Assembly: GCA_051013385.1 (NCBI GenBank)
Contig: CP143273.1
Location: forward strand, 384,001-448,000
From: Phormidium sp.
GTDB taxonomy: Bacteria; Cyanobacteriota; Cyanobacteriia; Cyanobacteriales; Aerosakkonemataceae
DNA length: 64,000 nt
Reading direction: 5' to 3'
Positions 10,187 to 18,521 of the stretch are shown piece by piece. Position 1 is the first letter of the stretch; the number at the start of each line of letters is the position of its first letter. A model generated the notes under the pieces. It was not told the origin of the DNA and searched no databases. It saw only the letters and a program-made list of their open reading frames with translations. Position numbers and translations under genes: made by a program.

Positions 10187-10589
10187 TTTTTCCTCCGAAT
10201 TTTATCCATGAAAAGCCTGCCTTCAAACTATTGTCAGAAGGTTAAAGAATTAAAGAATCAATCAATACCTAAGCCATCTTCAAAATCAGGCGCGATTTGA
10301 AGCTAGTTTCTCTAATTCCTTTATTAAGACAGGCGAGAAAAAGTGTTTTGTCTATATTCTGTATCGTATTTTACGGTTTGCCCAAAAAATAGGTCTTGTT
10401 AAAGAAAATTTACAAAGGAGGAGTGCGATCGGATCTGAGGTTGCACCACGAAAGACTAAGGCTGGTGCAGTATTTTGGGTAGGGGAAATAAGTGTTACAT
10501 TAAACACTGTGGTTGCTGTCTTCCCGCAAGAAGCAACAGCATTAACAACAAGCGCCAGAAGTTCGCCTTCAACAACAAGGAAACAAAAA

Positions 10590-11273
10590 ATGGGAAAAAT
10601 AATTGTTACTGATTTAACTCGGTTTTCAAAACCTGATCAAGTCTGCATAGCTGGGATTGATATAGAAACTGGTGAGTGCATAAGACCTCTTCCCTATTTA
10701 AGTAGTGCTGAATGTGAGAAACTTCATATTCTGCCTGGAACAATACTTAGTGGCAACTTTACTAAGCGTCAACAAGTAGAAGGCCCCCATCAAGAAGACA
10801 GCAGCTATCAAAATCTCTCTTTTCATAGCTCTTGCTCTTCAGATGAATTTAAGAAAGTGCTTGAGTATGGTTTAGTAAATAGCTTAGAAGAGGGATTTAA
10901 TATTAAACTGGATAAAAATCAGAAGCATATCCCAATAGGTCACGCTCTGAATCATTCAATTATTACGGTGAAAGTTCATTCTAAAACTATAAATATTGCA
11001 GAAAGTAGCTATAAACCAGGCAAAATGACGGTTAGTTTCTGTGATTGGTCAAATCGTTGGTTTAACTATATGTCTATAACTGACTTAAATTTTTATAATT
11101 ATGCAATGAAGCATCACGAAGATAATAATCTTGATAGCCTCAATAAATACATCAAATCTCGGCAGGAAGCCTATCTAAGAATTGGGTTAAGTAGAATTTA
11201 TAAATCTAATGGAAGGGAGGGTTATTGGATTCAAGTAAACGGCATTTATACATTTCCTGATTACAAGCTGTAA
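10590..11273 (+). CDS. Dual OB domain-containing protein (putative)
   Basis: VCIAGID..TGECIRPL N-terminus, SITDL and LRIGLSR...VNGI C-terminus; AAGGA SD upstream of ATG 10590. Confidence 0.65.
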   Translation: MGKIIVTDLTRFSKPDQVCIAGIDIETGECIRPLPYLSSAECEKLHILPGTILSGNFTKRQQVEGPHQEDSSYQNLSFHSSCSSDEFKKVLEYGLVNSLEEGFNIKLDKNQKHIPIGHALNHSIITVKVHSKTINIAESSYKPGKMTVSFCDWSNRWFNYMSITDLNFYNYAMKHHEDNNLDSLNKYIKSRQEAYLRIGLSRIYKSNGREGYWIQVNGIYTFPDYKL

Positions 11274-11352
11274 CTGCGATTCCAAGTGAGCGGATCGCGA
11301 TCGCAAATCGCACTCACCAACAAAGCTATAATTGCGATCGCATAAAATAAAA
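11271..11352 (+). repeat. HIP1-bounded cassette repeat, copy 1 (28-nt insert in left HIP1)
   Basis: TAACTGCGAT[insert]CGCACTCACCAACAAAGCTATAATTGCGATCGCATAAAATAAAA. Confidence 0.85.
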
Positions 11353-11389
11353 CAGCTAGCAGCAGGGTGGGCATTGCCAACTTTTACCG

Positions 11390-11732
11390 CTATGTGCTGA
11401 TGACTACAGCTTGTCCCTTAATTGCTGTAGGCAAATTTGCTAAAACCTTTGGTATCAGAGGCTTCAGATCCGCCAAGCGGTTAGATGATGCTTGCAAAAC
11501 AATCACCGCTATGTCAAATTCTGGCAAATTTTGCTGAAATGAAAGATTACGGTCAACTGTAATAAAAACATCAAATTCTGCCGATGCGAGAGTAAGAAGT
11601 TGTCCATTTTTTGTTCCCGCCCATCCCATCTGCGGAACTGTTTTCACTTCATAACCTACAAATTCTCTCGCAAGTTTGCGTTCGCGTAGCGTGCTGTAGG
11701 CAATCGATGCACTCATCTAGAAGAAGTTTCAT
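11390..11732 (-). pseudogene. DUF5615 family PIN-like toxin, frameshifted by a 22-nt insertion
   Basis: ATG at 11732 gives MKLLLDECID then an out-of-frame stop. Removing 11681-11702 restores MKLLLDECIDRKLAREFVGYEVKTVPQMGWAGTKNGQLL...FITVDRNLSFQQNL. Confidence 0.8.
11678..11707. mobile_element. SDR5-like 22-nt micro-insertion in a HIP1-like site
   Basis: GCG|TTCGCGTAGCGTGCTGTAGGCA|ATCGA, similar to the insert at 2205-2228. Confidence 0.8.
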
Positions 11733-11733
11733 G

Positions 11734-11952
11734 CTATGCCACCATACTAACAAGTTGTTTTCCAACCTCTTCTAGTAATTCGATAACTTGTTCCCTAGTT
11801 ACTGTCGGAAATCCATCAAGGAAATCATCTATTGACTCTCCTGCTTTCAAATAATCAAAGACTGTCTGCACCGGAACTCTTGTGTTAGCAAAAACCGGAG
11901 TCCCACCCATAATTTCAGGGGACGTACTAATAACTGGTGAGTTCTTAAACAT
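11734..11952 (-). CDS. DUF433 domain antitoxin
   Basis: PEIMGGTPVFANTRVPV...FLDGFPTV; directly upstream of the PIN gene. Confidence 0.9.
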   Translation of the reverse strand: MFKNSPVISTSPEIMGGTPVFANTRVPVQTVFDYLKAGESIDDFLDGFPTVTREQVIELLEEVGKQLVSMVA

Positions 11953-12056
11953 AGTCTTTTATCTTTTTAGTCTAGTATCTATCTTAAATGCAAAAAGTGG
12001 AATTTAGCGATCGCATCATTCTTTCAATACTGTTACTTTTGGAATGACTGAAATTG

Positions 12057-12099
12057 TAATTGCGATCGCACTCACCAACCAAGCTAGAATTGCGATCGC
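12057..12099 (+). repeat. HIP1-bounded cassette repeat, copy 2
   Basis: TAATTGCGATCGCACTCACCAACCAAGCTAGAATTGCGATCGC. Confidence 0.9.
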
Positions 12100-12100
12100 T

Positions 12101-12475
12101 ATGCAAATTAACAGGATTGAAAAAAGGAGAGTTAACATAGTAAATCTACTTCCACACGCCGATAAAGCAGTAGTCGATATTCGCAAACTTCGTGACTATT
12201 GCCTTAATCTAGATCATGATGAAGGCAAGCACAAAGCAAGGCTATTTTCGTCAATTTTAGGTATGACTGCTGACAATGCTGAGGACTTACGCGAAATTCT
12301 TCTCGAAGTTGTTAAAACTCAAGAGGCGAGGGTAGGACGGCGCGATGAGTTTGGACAACGTTACACTGTAGATTTTACACTCCAATGGCAAGATAGAAGT
12401 GCGAGCGTTCGGAGTGGCTGGATTATCGAAAATGATTCTGATATTCCAAGATTAACAACCTGCTATCCTCTGTAA
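12101..12475 (+). CDS. DUF6883-like protein (putative toxin/nuclease); start uncertain
   Basis: AVVDIRKLRDYCLN..H.EGKHKARLF..ILG, DEFGQRY, SGWII, PRLTTCY. Confidence 0.7.
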   Translation: MQINRIEKRRVNIVNLLPHADKAVVDIRKLRDYCLNLDHDEGKHKARLFSSILGMTADNAEDLREILLEVVKTQEARVGRRDEFGQRYTVDFTLQWQDRSASVRSGWIIENDSDIPRLTTCYPL

Positions 12476-12494
12476 TATCAGGAGGTGATAAGAG

Positions 12495-12743
12495 ATGAAA
12501 ACCTATACAATTAAGTTGCTTGATGTAGTAGCACTGACAGTCGATCGTCCTGAGTATAATTTGTGGCGTGGTCAAGTTGGAACTGTAGTTGATATTTTAG
12601 CTGATGGGGCAGCATTTGAAGTGGAATTTAGCGATCGCAATGGACGCACTTATGAATCTATAGGGTTACGCCCAGAGCAAATTATGGTGTTACATTTTGA
12701 GCCAGCATCCCCTGATAAAATCCCTGAAATAACTATGGTATAA
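12495..12743 (+). CDS. DUF4926 domain protein (putative antitoxin/immunity)
   Basis: LLDVVALTVD.PEYNL.RGQVGTVV...AFEVEFSD.NGRTY; strong AGGAGG SD. Confidence 0.85.
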   Translation: MKTYTIKLLDVVALTVDRPEYNLWRGQVGTVVDILADGAAFEVEFSDRNGRTYESIGLRPEQIMVLHFEPASPDKIPEITMV

Positions 12744-12769
12744 AAAACCATTTTATGAGCAAACTTCAA

Positions 12770-12807
12770 GCGATCGCACTCACCAACCAAGCTAGAATTG
12801 CGATCGC
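12770..12807 (+). repeat. HIP1-bounded cassette repeat, copy 3
   Basis: 38 bp identical to 12062-12099. Confidence 0.9.
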
Positions 12808-12859
12808 CTATCTTTGCTAGAATAGCCTCCACAGGTTTAATGCCAAAGGAAGTAGCTTA

Positions 12860-13114
12860 ATGGCAATTGTTATTACCCTCAGTCCAGAATTAGAAGCGCG
12901 ACTCCGCGATCAAGCTGTTCGCCAAGGTCAAGATGTCAATCTCCTGGCATCTGAATTGTTAGCTAACATTCTAGAGTGGGAAGCGCAAGACTCAGAAGCA
13001 GCAATCAAGGGCATTCAGCAAGGATTAGAAAATTTTGAAACAGGTCAGTTCCGGTCTTTTGATGAATTTGCCCAAGAACAGCGCCGTAAATATAATTTAT
13101 CCGCTGATTCATGA
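12860..13114 (+). CDS. Putative antitoxin (RHH/ParD-like)
   Basis: ITLSPELEARLR..A...G; IQQGLENFETG; overlaps the downstream toxin start (ATGA). Confidence 0.75.
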   Translation: MAIVITLSPELEARLRDQAVRQGQDVNLLASELLANILEWEAQDSEAAIKGIQQGLENFETGQFRSFDEFAQEQRRKYNLSADS

Positions 13115-13458
13115 AGTACCACATCGAAATTTCTAGTGTGGCAGAAGTGGAAGCGGATAGTGCATTTCTCCGGTTATCCCAACTCACATCCCCGACAAAA
13201 GCAAGCCAATGGTATACGGGATTACTGCAAGCTATTGCATCTTTATCTCAAATGCCAAAGCGTTGTTCTTTAGCAAGAGAAAATGAATATTTCAGCCAAG
13301 AAATTCGGCAATTACTGTATGGGCGAGGTCGCCATTCATATCGAATTCTTTTCACTATTTTAGAAGGCCAAGAAGTATCCACCGTTCGGATTCTCCACAT
13401 CCGACACGCTACGCAGCAAACCCTTGGAGAAGATCCAGAGAAACCTGACATTACCTAA
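13111..13458 (+). CDS. Type II toxin, RelE/ParE family
   Basis: IASLSQMPKRCSLARE, IRQLLYG...YRILFTI...VRILHIRH. Confidence 0.9.
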   Translation: MKYHIEISSVAEVEADSAFLRLSQLTSPTKASQWYTGLLQAIASLSQMPKRCSLARENEYFSQEIRQLLYGRGRHSYRILFTILEGQEVSTVRILHIRHATQQTLGEDPEKPDIT

Positions 13459-13503
13459 TATATTGCTGCAAAGCGTGTCGAGGCAATTAACAGGAAAAAA
13501 GCA

Positions 13504-14031
13504 ATGTCATGGATCTTTACTTTGTCAGCTGAGTGTGGTAAAGAACAGACTGCCGCCGAGCAGTTTTCTGATTATTTCGAGCGAGTTTCTTGGATTCTTT
13601 CCAATAATAACCAATCCCAATGTCAAACAGGAATTTTTCAAGATATCGAGGATAATTGGTGGTGTCGAGTTACTCCAAGTGGTATCAGTGAAGTGGGAAT
13701 AGACACACCAGAAACCGCTTATATGATGACAGAAATTGGTATTCTGCTTTATCAACATTTACGTTTTGCTCCCACTTTTCGCTATGCTTTGGTTGGTTTA
13801 GAAGTAGACGAATTTAGAACTTATAGTGAGTTGCTTGAAGAAAGTTCTCCCCAATCTTTTCCGGGGTTAGTTTTAGCTGAAACAATTTGGCAGTTACTTG
13901 GATCGCCCTCAGATTTTCGATTATTCAGTTCAGGATATGTCTGGAAACCATACCAAGGAGAAGTTTATCAGCCACTAATGGTATCGTCAGATTTGAAGAA
14001 CAAACTCAATGAATTGCTGAGTGTGGGGTAA
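13504..14031 (+). CDS. Hypothetical protein
   Basis: 175-aa ORF with AGGA SD; no family recognised. Confidence 0.7.
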   Translation: MSWIFTLSAECGKEQTAAEQFSDYFERVSWILSNNNQSQCQTGIFQDIEDNWWCRVTPSGISEVGIDTPETAYMMTEIGILLYQHLRFAPTFRYALVGLEVDEFRTYSELLEESSPQSFPGLVLAETIWQLLGSPSDFRLFSSGYVWKPYQGEVYQPLMVSSDLKNKLNELLSVG

Positions 14032-14108
14032 TTGCGATTCTGCGTGAGCGTAATCCTTCGCGAGCGCACTCTCCAAGAGAGCTAGAATTGCGATCGCCTA
14101 AAATAAAA
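14029..14108 (+). repeat. HIP1-bounded cassette repeat, copy 4 (26-nt insert in left HIP1)
   Basis: TAATTGCGAT[insert]CGCACTCTCCAAGAGAGCTAGAATTGCGATCGCCTAAAATAAAA. Confidence 0.85.
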
Positions 14109-14548
14109 GTGAATTAATTAGTTTCTAAGTAACTGTAATTAAAACTATTATCAATTGTTGCTGATTTTTAAGTAATAATATCTACTCCTCCGAGAATTCC
14201 CTTAAGTAACTGTTAACTTTGCTAAACATAAATAGCAATTTCCTGCTTGTTTGTTATTTTTCTTCATTATACTTTGAGAAATACATCTTTTTTCACTTAA
14301 CATCTATCCAAGGTTAGACTATGTTCAAGACATGATTGAGGAATAAATAGCGCGATCGCCCGCAATCAAAGCTCATTTTTTAGAGACTGCTAACTAATGA
14401 GATTATTTTTGGGAATAATAAGTACAACCATTAGCAAGAGCCTGAACGGTAAAAGCTTTTCCTGGGAAGCGATTTCTCTGGAGACAGAGATGCAAAATGT
14501 CAAATATTTTGGCTCAATAAGTTCAATTTTAGTAGAACAGGTTTTTTT

Positions 14549-16345
14549 ATGAATGCAGTAACAAAATCCTCTAAGGAACAATTGCCAGAAGTTAAAGATC
14601 TCCAAGAGCAAATTGCTCAACTAGAACAGCAACTAATTGAAGCACAACAGGGAGAAAAGCGATCGCGCCGACTTTTACAGTCGATAATTGATGCTTCCCC
14701 AGACTGGATTTTTGTCAAAGACTGTGATTTTCGCTGTGTTCTAGCAAATCAAAGTTTTGCTGCTGCGATTGGTGCTACCTCAGAGTCGATTTTAGGCAAA
14801 AATGAACTGGAATTAGGTTATCCAGAGGAGGTAGTTTTTGGCAATCCAGAAGCAGGAATTCGAGGATTTCGTCAGGATGACTTAGAAGTTTTAGCAGGAA
14901 AAACGATACATAATCCCCTGGAAATGGGTTCAACAGTTGAAGGTGTTCGGATTGTGGATGTGCAGAAAATTCCCCTTTATGATGACAATGGAGAAGTTTA
15001 CGCAATTTTGGGATTTGCTCAAGACATTACCGATCGCAAACGTGCAGAAACAGAATTGTCCCAAACCAAAAATTTTCTCGAATCTGTGCTTAAGAATTTG
15101 CCTGTAGCTGTAATTGCTAAAGATGCTCAAAAATTGCGATTTGCGCTTTGGAATCAAGCAGCTGAACAGGTGTTTGGGTTAAGTGCTGCTCAAGTTTTGG
15201 GCAAGAACGATCATGATTTTTTTCCCAAAGAACAAGCAGAATTTTTCAATAGTATAGATCGGCAAGTATTAGCTAACGGTACAACTGTGGAGATTTCCGA
15301 AGAAGATGCTCAAATTCAAGGTGAAAGCCACATTTTACGAACCAAGAAAACAGCAATTTTAGATGAGTTAGGGCAAGGCACATATTTATTAGCAATTACA
15401 GAAGATATTACAGAACGAAAACGAGCAGAACAAGCCTTAAAAGAGTCAGAAGCACAACTGCGAAAACAGACAGAAGATTTAGAGCAAACTTTACAAGAAT
15501 TACGCCGCACTCAAACTCAATTAGTGCAGAGTGAAAAAATGTCTAGTTTAGGGCAATTAGTTGCTGGTGTTGCTCATGAAATTAACAACCCAGTTAACTT
15601 TATTTTTGGTAATCTGAGTCACGCTAAAGAGTATACTCAAGATTTGTTGGGATTGGTAGAACTTTATCAGGAACATTATCCAAATCCTCATCCTGACATT
15701 CAAGCAGAGTTAGAAGCGATCGAACTAGATTTTTTAACCGAAGATTTGCCGAAACTTTTAAATTCCATGAAAGTTGGTGCAGATCGAATTCAGAAAATTG
15801 TTGCTTCCCTACGAACATTTTCTCGCATGGATGAAGCGGAAATGAAAGAGGTTAATATTCACGAGGGAATTGATAGTACCTTGATGATTTTACAAAATCG
15901 CTTGAAAGCAAAACCCGATCGCCCAGAGATTAAAGTTACTAAACAATACGGTAATTTACCTTTAGTGGAATGTTACGCCGGACAATTAAATCAGGTATTT
16001 ATGAATATTGTAGCTAATGCGATCGACGCTTTAGAAGATGCCTACAATGCCAAAATATTAGTTAATCCAACAATTACCATTCACACCAAAATTATAGAAA
16101 ACAATCAAGTGATGATTATCTTAACAGATAATGGGCAAGGAATTCCTGACCAAGTAAAATCTCGCTTATTCGATCCGTTTTTTACTACTAAACCAATTGG
16201 CAAAGGCACAGGAATGGGGCTTTCTATAAGCTATCAAATTATCACCGAAAAACATCATGGAACTTTAGATTGTTTTTCTGAACCTGGAAAAGGCACAGAA
16301 TTTGTAATTAAAATTCCTCTCAAACAACCAGTGGGTTTGTTGTAA
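14549..16345 (+). CDS. PAS-PAS sensor histidine kinase (NtrB-like, soluble)
   Basis: Two PAS/PAC units ending DITDRK/DITERK; H-box AHEINNPVNFI; N box, DNGQG, FDPFFTTK, GTGMGL. Confidence 0.95.
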   Translation: MNAVTKSSKEQLPEVKDLQEQIAQLEQQLIEAQQGEKRSRRLLQSIIDASPDWIFVKDCDFRCVLANQSFAAAIGATSESILGKNELELGYPEEVVFGNPEAGIRGFRQDDLEVLAGKTIHNPLEMGSTVEGVRIVDVQKIPLYDDNGEVYAILGFAQDITDRKRAETELSQTKNFLESVLKNLPVAVIAKDAQKLRFALWNQAAEQVFGLSAAQVLGKNDHDFFPKEQAEFFNSIDRQVLANGTTVEISEEDAQIQGESHILRTKKTAILDELGQGTYLLAITEDITERKRAEQALKESEAQLRKQTEDLEQTLQELRRTQTQLVQSEKMSSLGQLVAGVAHEINNPVNFIFGNLSHAKEYTQDLLGLVELYQEHYPNPHPDIQAELEAIELDFLTEDLPKLLNSMKVGADRIQKIVASLRTFSRMDEAEMKEVNIHEGIDSTLMILQNRLKAKPDRPEIKVTKQYGNLPLVECYAGQLNQVFMNIVANAIDALEDAYNAKILVNPTITIHTKIIENNQVMIILTDNGQGIPDQVKSRLFDPFFTTKPIGKGTGMGLSISYQIITEKHHGTLDCFSEPGKGTEFVIKIPLKQPVGLL

Positions 16346-16455
16346 GCGCTTGGGCGCTAAAGCACTGACAACCAACAAGAAAAAATTAGCACCAAAGGAA
16401 GTTTGTTGTAAGCGCTTGGGCGCTAAAGCACCTACAACAAACAAAAAAAATTAGC
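16335..16455. repeat. Two direct copies (~55 bp, 66-bp period) of an imperfect palindromic repeat
   Basis: GTTTGTTGTAAGCGCTTGGGCGCTAAAGCAC..ACAAC.AACAA..AAAATTAGC at 16335 and 16401; related to 19658-19706. Confidence 0.8.
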
Positions 16456-16493
16456 TAAAATCTACATTAAAGAAAGCACTAACAGGAAAAGTC

Positions 16494-17204
16494 ATGGTAC
16501 AGTATAATCCATTGCCATCAGAATCATTAGAAACCGAATTTTTTCTTGAATCTGACGAAACTCCAGTGGACAACGAACTACAAAATTTAGTACCCAATCT
16601 ACTGTTATCAATCTTGTGTTTAATTTGGTCTAATCGACAAGATTGGTTTTTTGGTGTAGATATGGCAATCTACTATGCAAGCGATCGACCTGCAATTGTA
16701 CCAGATGGTTTTCTCAGTTTAGGAGTACAGCGTTTTTCGGGGAAAAATGGACGTTTAAGTTATATCCTAAAACGAGAAAACCAAGTAGCACCAATCTTAG
16801 TCCTAGAAGTAGTTTCTAATACTTACAGAGGCGAGTACAACCAGAAGAAAATAGATTATGCTGAATTAGGAGTTTTGTATTATGTAATTTACGATTCTGG
16901 TCGTTATCATAGTAGACATGGGGATGCTTTTGAAGTGCATAAGTTGGTAAATGGCGTTTATCAAAGATTATCAGGTGAACCAGTTTGGATGCCAGAAATT
17001 GGTTTAGGAATTGGACGAGAAATGGGAACTTACGAAGGATGGACGAGAGAATGGTTGTATTGGTATGATAGCGAGGGAAATCGGTTTTCCCATTCCCAAG
17101 AACTTTTAGAACAAGAACGGCAACTCAGAGAACAAGAACGACAACTCAGGGAAAATTTACTTGCTAAATTGAGGGAAAAGGGAATAGATCCTGATACGTT
17201 GTGA
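16494..17204 (+). CDS. Uma2 family (DUF820) endonuclease
   Basis: SDETPVDNELQ, IVPDGFLSLGV, LEVVS, Y..LGVLYYVIY; C-terminal EQERQLR repeats. Confidence 0.95.
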   Translation: MVQYNPLPSESLETEFFLESDETPVDNELQNLVPNLLLSILCLIWSNRQDWFFGVDMAIYYASDRPAIVPDGFLSLGVQRFSGKNGRLSYILKRENQVAPILVLEVVSNTYRGEYNQKKIDYAELGVLYYVIYDSGRYHSRHGDAFEVHKLVNGVYQRLSGEPVWMPEIGLGIGREMGTYEGWTREWLYWYDSEGNRFSHSQELLEQERQLREQERQLRENLLAKLREKGIDPDTL

Positions 17205-17241
17205 TAGTGCGATCGCACTTCAATTTACAGATCCAAACTCT

Positions 17242-17538
17242 TTAAGGTGCAGCCAAAAACCCATCACTTAAACCAGCATCTCTTAGTCGAGGCGCACCGA
17301 TATTTCGACTGAGCACAGCTAACCCAGCCAAATGTGCTTGTAAACCAGCAGTACTAGCACAACAATCTGTTAAAATCATTGGTTCAATACCAATATCAAA
17401 AAGATCCATCGCTATTTTCAAAACACACATATCAGTATCGATACCCACAATAAAAACTCGTTTAATAGCCTCAGCATGAAGATAATTACATAACTCATCT
17501 GGCATTCCACAAAGTCCAGCTTTGGAAAAGATTTTATC
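17242..17538 (-). pseudogene. Isochorismatase/cysteine hydrolase, 3' fragment only
   Basis: KIFSKAGLCGMP...VGIDTDMCVLKIAMDLFD...LTDCCAST; the N-terminal half with the catalytic Asp is absent. Confidence 0.7.
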
Positions 17539-17852
17539 GAGATAAATCCGATCCCCAAAACAAGGAATACATCGTAGGTTGTATCACCAATAATTCTCGG
17601 CAAACTATAAAACACATTTCAGTAACTTATGTTTGGCAATATCCCCCAGGGAAAAACACATTTAGTGGCGGATTTAATAGTTTAACTTTTGCTACTCCTA
17701 TTCAACCAAAACAAAATGTTTATTTTCGTAGTGGTTTTGAAATTGATTCTGATGCTTCCGGTGTGGAAGTGAGTGTGGTAAAAACTAAGCAAAAATACCA
17801 AACTATTACTTATGAAGCAATACAGCGTTTAATCATTCAGCGACGTAACTAA
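17538..17852 (+). pseudogene. Start-less remnant of an unknown protein (weakly FxLYD-like)
   Basis: Open frame RDKSDPQNKEYIVGCITNNSRQTIKHISVTYVWQY...IIQRRN* with no start codon back to TAG at 17466. Confidence 0.5.
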
Positions 17853-17864
17853 TTGTGGTAAAGT

Positions 17865-17967
17865 AACAACAGATAGGTTTTAGCTAACCTATGGCGAACA
17901 GCGGAATTACTCGCTTCCCGCCCGAAGATAGCCTACACTCTTGTCTCCTTCTAAAACCTACCTTGTT
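17865..17967. ncRNA. Candidate structured RNA of unknown family
   Basis: Closing stem TAGGTTTTAG (17874-83)/CTAAAACCTA (17951-60) with internal GGCG..AGCG/CGCT..CGCC hairpin; extended -10 TGGTAAAGT just upstream on the plus strand. Confidence 0.35.
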
Positions 17968-18044
17968 CTATTACTAAATGTTTTTTAGTGGGAAAGAAGT
18001 AACTGCTTAAGCCGTGCCAAAACTGAAACTAGGGACAAACAACA

Positions 18045-18398
18045 ATGGAACAGTTATCAGAAAAAAATTGTGTTGCTTGTGAAGGAAATTCACCCCGTAT
18101 AAGTGATACAGAAATTGCTGAACTTAAGCCGCAAATTCCTGATTGGGAAATTGTCGAAGAAGAGGGTGAAGCACGTCTGAAGCGAGTTTATAAATTTCAC
18201 GATTTTATGACAGCTTTAACCTTCACTAATAAAGTGGGTGACAAGGCAGAAAAAGCCGGACATCACCCAGCTTTACTCACAGAATGGGGCAAAGTAACTG
18301 TTAGTTGGTGGACTCATTCGATCGGTGGACTGCACATAAACGATTTTATTATGGCAGCAAAAACTGATAAAGTTGCTGAAGAGTTTGTCACCAAATAA
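18045..18398 (+). CDS. phhB: Pterin-4-alpha-carbinolamine dehydratase
   Basis: C.AC, AEKAGHHP, WWTHSIGGLHINDFIMAAK. Confidence 0.95.
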   Translation: MEQLSEKNCVACEGNSPRISDTEIAELKPQIPDWEIVEEEGEARLKRVYKFHDFMTALTFTNKVGDKAEKAGHHPALLTEWGKVTVSWWTHSIGGLHINDFIMAAKTDKVAEEFVTK

Positions 18399-18521
18399 CG
18401 GTCAAATTTAACAGAAGAAAAATTGTTAATTCTCCTGTTTTAAGGTAACTTATGAGTTATGAGTTTTACTCCAATCATAACTCATAATTTCTCGCTAATC
18501 ACTAAGAATTTAATCACCAAA

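Noticed and set aside
10361..10374. NtcA-like GTA-N8-TAC site
   Set aside because: Matches the minimal consensus, but no -10 box at the expected ~22-nt spacing on either strand.
10540..10575. Classical integron attC site (TAACAA...GCGCCAG)
   Set aside because: No matching GTTRRRY end or full attC hairpin, and no integron integrase in the window.
11390..11716. ORF-track start MSASIAY for the PIN protein
   Set aside because: Artefact of the 22-nt insertion; the true start is 11732.
17865..18521. Glycine riboswitch upstream of gcvT
   Set aside because: No GGAGA...CCGAAG...CUCAGG aptamer arrangement on the sense strand.
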